From positions 24,516,754 through 24,580,753 of the forward strand of contig NC_068988.1 in the NCBI RefSeq assembly GCF_001194135.2: a stretch of DNA of 64,000 bases, read 5' to 3'. Made by a program: the position numbers and the translations under genes. The notes beneath the pieces are model-generated. The model worked only from the letters and a program-made list of their open reading frames with translations, was not told the origin of the DNA and did not search any database. Every line of letters starts with the position of its first letter. The first letter of the stretch is position 1. Of this stretch, positions 49,301 to 62,708 are shown piece after piece. This DNA is from Octopus bimaculoides. Lineage: Eukaryota.

Positions 49301-52300
49301 GTTAGTTGTGGTGACATCTTATAAAATTTATATACACCACTTTTTTTTTTTACCTGCATCGGTACATTGTAATGAAGACCGGAAGAACATAGACGCACAA
49401 TAACTGTGAAGTTGATGTGACTGGAGCTCTCTTAGATGAATACAACTGCATTCAAAATACTTTCGTGGATACTGAGAGTGACTAGGAGCAAACACCTGAA
49501 ACGAGGTGTAAAGGTGGAAGTAACTTAATTTTTGTACAGGTCAGCAATTCATCCAAAGCTTTTCAAGGAACTGACATTGATCTGAAAGAAACGGTGGATT
49601 CAGTTGTTTCCTCGGGATAAAATTGAAATCATTTCAAGATAATTGTGAAGCATTGAAACTTGAAGTCATTTGGCAGCAGAGATTATATAAAGCAATTCCT
49701 GACAAACCAAAGAGAGGAGGAACAAACATTTATGATGTGAATCCCTCATCGGTCGGTCTAAGAGGTAGATGATCCTTTTCTCCAGAGAACATTCAGATAT
49801 AGAACTTTCAGAGCCATTTATATAGTTTTACAAGAATGCAATGTGGCACCACTTAGTGTTTGAAATTATAAACTTACGCAATCTATCTGATTTTTTTTTT
49901 CTGGTGCCCTAGAACCCATAAGGCTGTTTACCTAGTTTCCTTGGTACTTGTGACTGAGATCCCTGCTCTACCCTTGAACGGTACACCAGTCCTTTGCAGG
50001 TTCAAAGCCAGCAATGTTGAGAGGAGACAACAAGTTGATTACATGGACCCTGGTATTTGATTTGAACTTTGTTTTATCAACCACAAAAGGATGGAAGACA
50101 CAGTTGATCATACCGAGATTTGAACTCAGAATGTAAAGAGCCAAACGAAACTCTGCTAAGCACATTGTCCTACATGCTAATAATTCTGCCAGCGTACTAC
50201 CTTAGTCTACCTGATACCAAAATATTTACCAATTATTTTCCCTTCATGATGCTAATAATATTTGCAGATAAGAAATGGTCCAATTGTCCAGTTCATAGCA
50301 TTATCCAAGCTCAGATATTTCATTCCATCTCAACTGAAAATTTTCCCGATGATAACAGGCTTGCTGGTACTTTCCCAACTCATTTTGCAACTCATGCATG
50401 ACAGTCTCTAGTTCTTCAGAGAAAATATCACTCAGCAAATTGGTACCGATAAAGAATTATTAATGACTATGTTGAACTACGTACTTTGTGCCCATCGGAT
50501 GTAGAGAGCAGTGTCCTGGCGGCGATACAGTTTGAGGAATTCCTTAAAGACTTTTTTCAGATTGCCATGTTTTGGAAAAAGAACAAAAAAGGGTTTTCTA
50601 GATACTGCTGTGTAGGACATAGAATTGTAAGTTGGTAAAAATTACTGCACTTAGCTTAGATAAACCTTTGCATTGGTAGATGGATTTAATCTTTCTGTAT
50701 TGATTGATAACTTGTTAACTTTTCATTTAACATTTATATATCTATGCATATTTATATTTGAATTTATATATAACAGCTTCTCTATGCATGTATAACTTTT
50801 TCAGTTCTAATTCAATGCAATAAATGAACCATGATATATAGATTTGGTGATTTGCTGTGTATTCTAATTTCTTAGTAAGGGTGGTCTACCAAACACGATG
50901 TCCTCAAACCTGACAAGGCTTAAATCAGGTCTGATCAGTAAATTGAATGATTGTTCAGTCTCTCTCTTTCCCATTCCTTAGCTAGAAATTTATCTGTAAA
51001 CCCAGAACAAAAATTTGTTATTGATACAAGAAAAATAGTGTTGAGTAGGAGTGGCTGTGTGGTAAGCAGCTTGCTTATGAACCACATGGTTCCGGGTTCA
51101 GTCCCACTGCGTGGCACCTTGGGCAAGTGTCTTCTACTATAGCCTCGGGCCGACCAAAGCCTTATGAGTGGATTTGGTAGATGGAAACTGAAAGAAGCCC
51201 GTCGTATATATGTATATATATATATATATATATATGTGTGTATGTGTGTGTGTTTGTCCCCCCCACCATTGCTTGACAACTGATGTAATTTAACAGCTTT
51301 TTAACTTGATACCTGTTAAACAGAAATTATTTTTATATAATGAAAATTTAATAAAATCTAATCATAAGTAAGTGAAATTATGCTAAATTGAAAACCTTTT
51401 TTCCCTGGCCATATTGGCAATTCTGAAAGCTTTTGGGTGCAAATTTTACATGAGTATCAGCTTTTTTTAACAATTTTTATCCTGAAAATAACTTGCATGA
51501 ATTACGTGGGTGCGCAAATTACATGGGCTTTTATGGTAACTAGTTTGACCTTTTTACCAATCTCTCCTCCTCTGAAGATTGAATGCTGGATCTGGTGCAT
51601 CACTGTGCTAGTAGTGGCAATTCTGGCAATGAGATAAGCCTCTTGCTTTTCGTTACTCGTGCATCTATGAGTGGATGCTGAAAATATATTGGCTTTAGGT
51701 TAAATAAAATACAGGAGGATCAGTTAATTATGATTTTATTCAACATATTCCCCTCTCAGATTCACATACTTATTGCAGCAGTCCTTCAGTTTTTCTAAGC
51801 CCTGTTAAAGAACTCCAACCAAACCTTTCGTTACACCCTTAAAACCAGGAACTTTTCAGCGCTCCCACATATCAAATTCATTCGTGAATACCAGGTTGTC
51901 CTGGTACTGTAACAAATGACACTCACCCAAGATGCCAGACAGTGGAACTGAACCTGAAACCACATGGTTACAAAGCAAGCTCTTTTAACTGCGTTGCCAT
52001 GCCTGCACCTTAAAAAGACAAACTATTGAGATGACATTAATCCTCCTTATTAATTGTATTTTTTCTTCTCACAGGTGTCAAAGGAATTCAGGTAGAAGAG
52101 ATATGGAGCTTAGATTCTGACAGTTTCAAAAATTTAAAGTAAGGAAGCTTCGTTGTTTTCAGATTTATTGCTTAACCCTTTAGCATTTAAACCGTCTGTA
52201 TCTGGTCAAAATATTCTACCCGTTTTATGTTCAAACCAGCCACATCCTGCCTGGTCACACTTACCCTTCAACATCATTATAAAATTTTCAATCACATTAT

Positions 52301-55300
52301 CAAAATTTCGAAGCTATGAAATGATGCATGATTATTTAAAAGCAATATGAATGAAAAAGCATTAAGTTTGACAAATTAATCTGAATATTAAAGGATTAAT
52401 GCCTTTTGATACTGATTTCTTTGTAATCCTCATTGGTTTTATGATATAAAATGTTTTATTTTAAAGCATTTGCATTTCAGTCAAAACTTCCCATCATATT
52501 TTAGACCTAATAGTGATGTTCTTATATGTCTGGACTATTATAAAGTCAGATTTCATTCCAAGCTGTATCATTCAATGTTCATCTGTTGCAGACCTGTCCA
52601 TGGACTTATTTTTCTATTCAAATGGGTACCAGAGACAGAACCAGATGGCTCCATTGTACGAGACAATCGACTGAACCAAATATTTTTTGCTAAACAAGTA
52701 AGTTTAATTTCTCTCACACACACACAATACGTGTGTATGTATGTTTATATTTATGCATGTCTGTATACATATGTATGAACTCTTTTCCAACAGGAAATAA
52801 ACTTCCTGTTGAAAAAGAGTTCATAACACCAACTAAAAAGATTTGTCTCCCCTTACACACACTTCCTGTTTTGACACCACATTTCCTGCTTAACACAAAC
52901 TTTTAGCCCCTTTTCTCTTTTTTTAAACCTAATACAACTCTCAATTTTCATGCATCCTTATTTTTCCAACCATTATCTACATGGATTACCATTGAACTTT
53001 AAAAGCTCAAAGACAATATAATGTATTGGTATATTTATTTTTTATATATTATTTTTTTCATCTTTTACTTCTTTGTAAAAAACATTTTCTTTCTCCCTCT
53101 TCTTGTAAATTTGCCATACAATGAAAGCCGGTTTGAAATCTTTATTAAAATATGCTTCCAGTTTAGCATTCTGCTTTATTATTATTTTTCATTTTCCTAT
53201 TATTTCTCCCCGTGCGGTTAACACAACCCCACTATTTACAGACTTATATATATATATATATTAAAATTAAGCAAAGGACATGTCTACCTGTTGGAAATAA
53301 CAGTCAAAACTCTTACTTAAATCACTAAAATACACTCATAATAGCTACAGAAATCAACCATCCGAAGGCAAATGGACTTAGACAATCTCTCAGCATACAT
53401 TTATGTATTTGGACTCGGACTGGTTTCTGGACTGGCATAATAGCCTCACCTTCCTCAGCATGCGTTACCATGATAAAGAGCCCCAACCCGTCACACTGAA
53501 GTCTGTGGTGCAACTGATTCATTTTGTGCCAAATCATGGCAGCCACAAGTGTAGCTCGTTTGCCTTCGGACAGTTGATTTCTTTAGTTATTATCAGTGTA
53601 TTTTGGCGATTTAAATAAGAGTTTTGACTGTTATTTCCAGCGGATAGACATATTCGGTATGTCCTTTGATTACTTTATTCTTTCAGTTATTTATTTATTT
53701 TTTTTTTTTTGCCTGCAATCACCTATATTACTGAATCTGTTATTATCATTTTTNNNNNNNNNNNNNNNNNNNNNNNNNNNNNNNNNNNNNNNNNNNNNNN
53801 NNNNNNNNNNNNNNNNNNNNNNNNNNNNNNNNNNNNNNNNNNNNNNNNNNNNNNNNNNNNNNNNNNNNNNNNNNNNNNNNNNNNNNNNNNNNNNNNNNNN
53901 NNNNNNNNNNNNNNNNNNNNNNNNNNNNNNNNNNNNNNNNNNNNNNNNNNNNNNNNNNNNNNNNNNNNNNNNNNNNNNNNNNNNNNNNNNNNNNNNNNNN
54001 NNNNNNNNNNNNNNNNNNNNNNNNNNNNNNNNNNNNNNNNNNNNNNNNNNNNNNNNNNNNNNNNNNNNNNNNNNNNNNNNNNNNNNNNNNNNNNNNNNNN
54101 NNNNNNNNNNNNNNNNNNNNNNNNNNNNNNNNNNNNNNNNNNNNNNNNNNNNNNNNNNNNNNNNNNNNNNNNNNNNNNNNNNNNNNNNNNNNNNNNNNNN
54201 NNNNNNNNNNNNNNNNNNNNNNNNNNNNNNNNNNNNNNNNNNNNNNNNNNNNNNNNNNNNNNNNNNNNNNNNNNNNNNNNNNNNNNNNNNNNNNNNNNNN
54301 NNNNNNNNNNNNNNNNNNNNNNNNNNNNNNNNNNNNNNNNNNNNNNNNNNNNNNNNNNNNNNNNNNNNNNNNNNNNNNNNNNNNNNNNNNNNNNNNNNNN
54401 NNNNNNNNNNNNNNNNNNNNNNNNNNNNNNNNNNNNNNNNNNNNNNNNNNNNNNNNNNNNNNNNNNNNNNNNNNNNNNNNNNNNNNNNNNNNNNNNNNNN
54501 NNNNNNNNNNNNNNNNNNNNNNNNNNNNNNNNNNNNNNNNNNNNNNNNNNNNNNNNNNNNNNNATATATATATAGGTGCAGGAGTGGCTGTGTGGTAAGT
54601 AGCTTGCTAACCAACCACATGGTTCCTGGTTGATGGGTCTTCTTATCAAGCATGACATAATGCCAAAGGTCTTGGTCATTGTCTCCATGAGGCCCAACAC
54701 ACCCAAACGCACATACACTCACTCATTCACACATACATATATATCTTATTTTATTTTCTTTGCTTGTTTTTATTTCATTTTGCTTGTGCTCCTGCAGGTA
54801 ATCAACAACGCATGTGCAACACAAGCTATTCTCAGTATTTTGCTCAACTGCAAACATGAAGATCTGGAATTGGGAGAAACCTTGACATCTTTCAAAGAGT
54901 TTGTTCAAAACTTTGACCCAGCTGTAAGTAATTGTTTTCGCTTTCATTTCAAGTACAGTGATACCTCGCAGTACAAGTTTAATTCATTCCATTACCGAGC
55001 TCGTCTTATGATTTACTCATTTTACAAATCAATTTTCCTCAGTGAAATTAACTCAAATATAATTAATCCATTCCAGCCCTCAAAAACCACTCAAAAATAA
55101 TTTTTTAAGGGTTTTAAAGCAGAAAAGGTGTAGTTAGAAGTAAAATGACAATTACAAAAAAAAAAGAATGCAAAAGAAATATGTAAACTGGTTTTATTAA
55201 CTGAATTATCTTGCTCCTACTGTAGATTTCTGCTCATACTTCAAGACAAAAATTCGCACAGGTCTCAGCTCGTACAGCAAATGTACAATGAGGCACTCGT

Positions 55301-56130
55301 ACTGCAAGGTTCTATTGTATATGTTGTTGTTGATGTTGTTGTTTAACTTCCAGCTCAGCCTTGATTGAGCAGACTTATATAACCAGAGGTATTCTAGCCT
55401 TGGCCTTGCTGTTTTTCCAGACATTTTAACTCACACTACATTATTCACTCTACCACTAGGCCCAGTCCTTGTTGTAGAAAGGTGCCTCATGTGCATCAGT
55501 GACCCTGTGACCTTCGCCAGTGGAGCACAAATTCTTGGTAGGGTGTCCCGTGATGCACAAGTCAAAGGATACAGGCCAACATTAACCTTTTTTTTACCAT
55601 GTGGTAAGAGGCTTGTTTCCCAACCACATGGACCCAGGTTCAGTCCTACTGCATGGCACCTCAGGCAAATGTCTTCTACTATATAACCTTGTGCCAACCA
55701 AAGCCTCATGAGTGGATTTGGTAGACTGAAACTGAAAGAAACCCATTGTATTACCATAAATTCTTCCTACGACCTTAAGTGACACTAGTTCAACCACACA
55801 CATACATAAACTGCCACAACTACATACACACAACACACACCTGCACACACATACCCACACGTACCTCCTTCTCTTGCACTCTCCTCTCTTAGAAAGAACT
55901 TTTTCTTCACCCATTCTCTTCTGGTTATTTCAATATGTGACTGCGTGTGTATCGTTGGCGATTTTCTTTCTCCATGTTCCCTTCTTTGGACTTTTTGTAT
56001 ATTTCTAATGAAGAGCTCTGCTCAGAATGTGAAATTTTCTTTCTTTTCTTTCCTGAGTGTCCAATAACACAGTACTTGTTCCACGTCCTCGCATTGTTGT
56101 TTTTTCTTGCTTGTTCTTGTTTGGATTGAC

Positions 56131-56178
<48 letters not shown>

Positions 56179-56209
56179 TAAATATATATGCACATATATA
56201 CACATATTT

Positions 56210-56262
<53 letters not shown>

Positions 56263-59200
56263 TATATATATACACATATCATCATCATCATCATTGTTTA
56301 ACATCTGCTTTCCATGCTAGCATGGGTTTGACGATTTGACTGAGGACTGCTGAACCGGATGGCTGCACCAAGCTCCAATCTGATCTGGCAGAGTTTCCAG
56401 CAGGTCATGAGACCACTTAACCTTAGGCCAGCCTTGATCAAGCAGACCTATGATTAAAAGCATTCTAACCATAGCCACTTTGTTGTGTATCTAGGACTAC
56501 ATTATACAAGGTATCATTTCACTTTCTTAAAGATGGTAAAGCCTCATTTGATGGACATTTGGCTGTTGTTTCTTGTAAGTGGAGCTTGGTACATAAAGAA
56601 AAAGAAAGACATAGACGGGTTGCCTTATGCTGGCTTGCACAAAGAAATAGTTTATCTTTTTGTTATTTTCTCCAGATTTGGGGATAGAAAAAGCACCGGT
56701 AATGGTGCCACGTAAAAAGCGTTCCAGCACACTCTGTAAAGTGGTTGGCATTAGGACGGGTATCCAGCTGTAGAAACCAAGCTGAAACAGACTACAGAAC
56801 CTGGTGCAGCCCCTGGCCTTGCCAGTTCCTGTCAAGCTGTCCGCCCTATGCCAGTATGGAAAATGGACATTAAATAATAATAATAATAATGATGATGGTG
56901 GTGGTGACTGCAGCAGTTGTTATTGTATATAATGTATGATTTTCTTTTTCTTTACAGATACGTGGATTGACTTTGAGTAATTCTGACGTCATACGTCAAG
57001 TTCATAATAGTTTCTCTCGGTAAGAATATTTATTTCATTTCCCTTTTTCTTTTTTTTTTTATCTTTCTTTTTTTTCACTGCCAAAGGAAGAGTGGGAACA
57101 GCAATATCTTTTGTAGGGCCTTTGTGATCCATCCATCTTCTCTCCCTACTCTCTTCCTGAAAGGGTTGTTGGGGTAGAGTTCTCAGGTACCTCCTCCAAA
57201 GGTTCTTATTAAAAGCAACTGTCACCAGACGTCCTGACTGTATTCCGAAGCACAGACAAATAAGACTATGGGTATTATTGAACCATCTCATTCTTGAGTA
57301 CCCCTGGGTCTTCTGCCAGTTGGCTGCTCTTGAAGAATCAGTCTTGGGATTCTTTCTTGTGACAGCCATAGTTCCAGAGCTGTGACTTCTCAGTGTGGAG
57401 ATGTAGTAGCTCAATCTCGAGAGATTCTGTTGAGTAGCATTACTCCGTAGACCTTCTGGAAGAACCTCTTTTTGGCCACTTGTTTTCGCAGTCATACTCC
57501 CTTGGTCATTACCCAACATTCATGACCACATGTGAGGATAGGCATGGAAATTGAACTGAGCATAGAAAATTTGACTTTCTTTACCAATCTCTCCTCATCT
57601 GAAGAGCAATTGCTCAAGTTGGTGCGTTATTTTGCAAGCAACAGCAGTGCAAGCATTCGGTTCAGCTTCCTACCTTGCATCTCTCATGAATACAGTCCCA
57701 GAATGCTTAAACTCTTCCATTTGTTTCAGTGATGTTCCATTAACATGCCTTTGTGATTAAGAAATTAATTTGCAAGTTTAGTAGTCATAAGTTTAATCAT
57801 ATTGAGCAATGGACTGCCTCCCTTTTTCTTGGATTGAAAGGCATTCGGTCATAAGAGCTGTGCCCAAAATTGGAATGTCTGAGCAATATGTGGTTCTTCG
57901 ATTTGTCTGGAAGGACACTAATTCTGATTAAGAATTAGCTTGGACATAATGAACCATTGATCCTATGTCAGCATGGGAAGGCGATGTAAAATGATGTTGT
58001 TGTTGATGATGATTGCGAATGATGGTGGTGGTGGTGATTATGATGACTGATGATGATGATGGCAGCGGTGGTGGTGGTGATGATGATGACTAAAATGATT
58101 GTGATGATGATGACAGCGGTGTTGGTGGTGGTGATGATGATGATGGGTGTGGTTTAAACCTTTTAATACCAACCCACCTGAGATTGCCCTTGATTCTGAG
58201 ACAAACACCCTGTTTTAAAGTGATCTAAATTAAATTAAAACCTTCNNNNNNNNNNNNNNNNNNNNNNNNNNNNNNNNNNNNNNNNNNNNNNNNNNNNNNN
58301 NNNNNNNNNNNNNNNNNNNNNNNNNNNNNNNNNNNNNNNNNNNNNNNNNNNNNNNNNNNNNNNNNNNNNNNNNNNNNNNNNNNNNNNNNNNNNNNNNNNN
58401 NNNNNNNNNNNNNNNNNNNNNNNNNNNNNNNNNNNNNNNNNNNNNNNNNNNNNNNNNNNNNNNNNNNNNNNNNNNNNNNNNNNNNNNNNNNNNNNNNNNN
58501 NNNNNNNNNNNNNNNNNNNNNNNNNNNNNNNNNNNNNNNNNNNNNNNNNNNNNNNNNNNNNNNNNNNNNNNNNNNNNNNNNNNNNNNNNNNNNNNNNNNN
58601 NNNNNNNNNNNNNNNNNNNNNNNNNNNNNNNNNNNNNNNNNNNNNNNNNNNNNNNNNNNNNNNNNNNNNNNNNNNNNNNNNNNNNNNNNNNNNNNNNNNN
58701 NNNNNNNNNNNNNNNNNNNNNNNNNNNNNNNNNNNNNNNNNNNNNNNNNNNNNNNNNNNNNNNNNNNNNNNNNNNNNNNNNNNNNNNNNNNNNNNNNNNN
58801 NNNNNNNNNNNNNNNNNNNNNNNNNNNNNNNNNNNNNNNNNNNNNNNNNNNNNNNNNNNNNNNNNNNNNNNNNNNNNNNNNNNNNNNNNNNNNNNNNNNN
58901 NNNNNNNNNNNNNNNNNNNNNNNNNNNNNNNNNNNNNNNNNNNNNNNNNNNNNNNNNNNNNNNNNNNNNNNNNNNNNNNNNNNNNNNNNNNNNNNNNNNN
59001 NNNNNNNNNNNNNNNNNNNNNNNNNNNNNNNNNNNNNNNNNNNNNNNNNNNGTATGTGTATATGTTTTTTGTAAGCCTAGTACTTATTCTATCGGTCTCT
59101 TTTGCCAAACCGCTTATTCAATCGGTCTCTTATGCCGAACCATAAACACACCAGCATCGGTTGTCAAGCAATGTTGGGGGGACAAACACAAACATACACA

Positions 59201-62200
59201 CACACATATATACAACGGGCTTCTTTTAGTTTCTGTCTACCAAATCCACTTAGAAGGCTTTGGTCAGCTTGAGGCTATAGTAGAAGACACTTGCTCAAGG
59301 TGCTACGCAGTGGGACTGAACTCTGAACCATGTGGTTGGTAAGCAAGCTACTTACCGCACAGTGACTCCTGTGCCTATGTGTATAATATTTATGTGTAAT
59401 AAATGTCCGCTAGGAGACACCATATAACTGTATTGATATTCCCAGAATTATTCCCAATTTCATCTGCATCCCTACCTCGTTAATGTTTACCTTTTAAATT
59501 GTTTTATTTGCCAGGTGTTGTTGATGAGAATGCTGATTGGCTTGATGTTGTTAGACCTGTTATTGAGAAACGGATTCAGAAGTAGGTATTATTTTTAGCC
59601 ATCCTCGTTGTCGTTTTAACACCTACTTTTCTGAGTAAGATGGATTTCAATGAAACTAATTTTCCACGGCTGGATGCTCTTCCTGTCGCCAACTTTTACG
59701 TGTTTCCAAAGCAAGGTGATACTTCCACAGGGTCAGACATGTTTCCACAATAATGGAAAGGAATGACATCATTTATTTACAACAGTCATGTGATGTCAAA
59801 ACAAAGAGGCACAAACATACACATAGAAATATACCCACACATGCATGAAAGATGGACGTTAAATAATGATGATGATCATCATCGTTTAACGTCTGCCTTC
59901 CGAGCTAGCATGGGTTGGACAATTTGACTGAGGACTGGGGAAACCAGATGGCTACACCAGGCTCCAATCTGATTTGGCAGAGTTTCTACAGCTGGATGCC
60001 CTTCCTAAGGCCAACCACTCCGAGAGTGTAGCGGGTGCTTTCACGTGCCACCGGCACGAGGGCCAGTCAGGCAGTACTGGCAACGGCCACGCTCAAAAAG
60101 GTGTTTTTTACGTGCTGCCTACACAGGAGCCAGTCTAGCGGCATTGGCAATGACCTCACTCGAATGGTTTATATTAAATAGCTGACCAGTAGGCCATGCT
60201 TGTATATATTTACGGAAACCACAGGTCTCTCATAAATAGAATGCTCCATTTTTTTTTTTAGCAGGTCATGGGCCAACAGGTTTTTGGGATCTGCCGATAT
60301 GCCAAAATGCTAAACCCTTTATGGATGGGAAACCTAAGTTAATCCCATAAGCCAGAATTCCCCATTTTTAATATATACTGCTTTACATCTTAGAGTGTGC
60401 TTCCTCTTTCAGATTTATATTTTCTATAAATGATATATATATGTAATGGCATTGACCAATCTCTTGGATGTTGTTACACCTTGCCAGTCACAATGCTGTA
60501 TTCCATGCCTCATTTTTATCCCAACTGACTACTTCCCTATGTCATAGCTATATTTCTGATATCACATTTTCCATTCCCAGCTGTCTTTACACTTACTGCT
60601 TCTCTTAAAAAGTGTAATATGTAAACCTTTACTTTCTATATCTGTTACATCCAGGTATCACAATGATGAAATCCACTTTAATTTGATGGCCATTGTCTCA
60701 GATCGCAAAATGCTATACGAGCGCAAGATGAAAGATTTTGAGGTTTGCTTTATGTTTGTACCTTTAATTTTATATCTACATGTGTGTTAGTATGGAGAAA
60801 TTTAATCGGTGCAGTGAGGGTTAGCATCTGTCTTAGACCCACCAATGTGTGAACATACCCTGATAACATGTGAACCAATTCCTTGATGGGAGATTAACAA
60901 AGTACACTTTATATAAACCAGTGTAATCAGTGGAAAACAACTGTCCTGTCTTTCCCAAGAAAACCACGAATGGGCAACCTGTTATCTCCACAGTTTTGCT
61001 GGTCTTTCCTGATCAGTGTTTCTAACTCGTTTCTGTTTTTCCATTGATGGGTTGGGGACAGAAAAACTACATTATGAAATAACATTTTTAGTGGACTTTG
61101 CGGCAAAAAAAATCAGATCAAAGTTAAATATCATCAGTTTATAGTATGGCTGTGACGTAGCTCAAGGGAAAATTTGGAGCAACAATATAATAATCTTGAT
61201 AATATATTACGAATGAGTTATATAACCATTGTTTGCCATTGCTAGAGTTCTGCCATGGAGACTGATGATATCGGTAGTGAGATAAGCAGACTCCAGATGT
61301 TGATACAGGAAGAAGAACAAAAGATGGCACGTTACAAAGTAAGTGCTTTATTTTATTTTTATTTTGTTTTTATTTGCTGAAAGGCTATTTATTTTGTTTT
61401 CTTTTTCTCATTTGTCTTTTAGCTTTTGCATGTTTCAGTCATTAGACTGTGGCCATACTGAAGGCTTAGTAGATCAAATTAACCCTAGTACNNNNNNNNN
61501 NNNNNNNNNNNNNNNNNNNNNNNNNNNNNNNNNNNNNNNNNNNNNNNNNNNNNNNNNNNNNNNNNNNNNNNNNNNNNNNNNNNNNNNNNNNNNNNNNNNN
61601 NNNNNNNNNNNNNNNNNNNNNNNNNNNNNNNNNNNNNNNNNNNNNNNNNNNNNNNNNNNNNNNNNNNNNNNNNNNNNNNNNNNNNNNNNNNNNNNNNNNN
61701 NNNNNNNNNNNNNNNNNNNNNNNNNNNNNNNNNNNNNNNNNNNNNNNNNNNNNNNNNNNNNNNNNNNNNNNNNNNNNTCAGTTTGGAGCTATAGTAAATG
61801 ACACTTGCCCAAGGTGCCACACAATGGGACTGAACCCAGAGCCATATGGTTGCAAAGCAAACTTCTTACCACACAGCCATTTGTGTATGTTCATTCATGT
61901 ATCAGAATAGAGCAGATTCAACACATACAGTCATAGCAATCACCATAAATCCACCGTGCGAGACTTCCTTGTAATGATGAAGGGTCAATGGGAGGGGGGG
62001 GCGGTCATTTTTCTTTTTCCTTTTATTTTATTTTTTTTTTTTTGTCATATTTTAAAAATACAAATCAGTTCTGAATTCTTGAGAGTGGTAAATTCTTTTT
62101 TTTATTTTTATTTCCGTTTTTGTCCACATTGGAATTCTGTTTAAGCATGTCCACTGGTCCTGTCTTTTCAGATTGAAAACATCCGTCGCAAACACAACTA

Positions 62201-62669
62201 CCTACCTTTTATAGTGGAACTGTTGAAGTGTCTGGCCAAAGAGGAGAAATTAGTACCTTTAGTAGAGAAGGTAACCTTTTGACTCGCTACCGTGCCTACT
62301 ACTCATAGTTTTGTGTTTACTACATGTGCATGAAACTATATAGGTATTCTGTTACTCATGTTCTACCCTTGTAAGCATATGCATGTTGCTATGTATGTAA
62401 ATAGGTATCTGAATGCATTAACCCATTAACTTTTGAAAAAAAGCCCCATCCAGCCAAAATATTGCACATGTTCAAACTGCCAGATCTGGCCCGTCGTACC
62501 TATCCTACAATGTCAACCCCAAAGTTAAACAATCACACCATTGAAATTTCAAAGGTTTCTCTGCTTTGTGAGGTACCTCTGGTGTTGTCCCTTTGAGCTC
62601 TGGGGTCGATGTAGCCATCTATATTTCTCCCTCAAAATTTCATGCCTTGTGCCTATAAAAGAAAGGATG

Positions 62670-62708
<39 letters not shown>

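Noticed and set aside
56005-56030. Second hammerhead-like motif CTAATGAA-GAGC-TCT-GCTC-AGAATGT
   Set aside because: Both catalytic boxes are mutated (CTAATGA, AGAAT); at most a dead Penelope-like terminus
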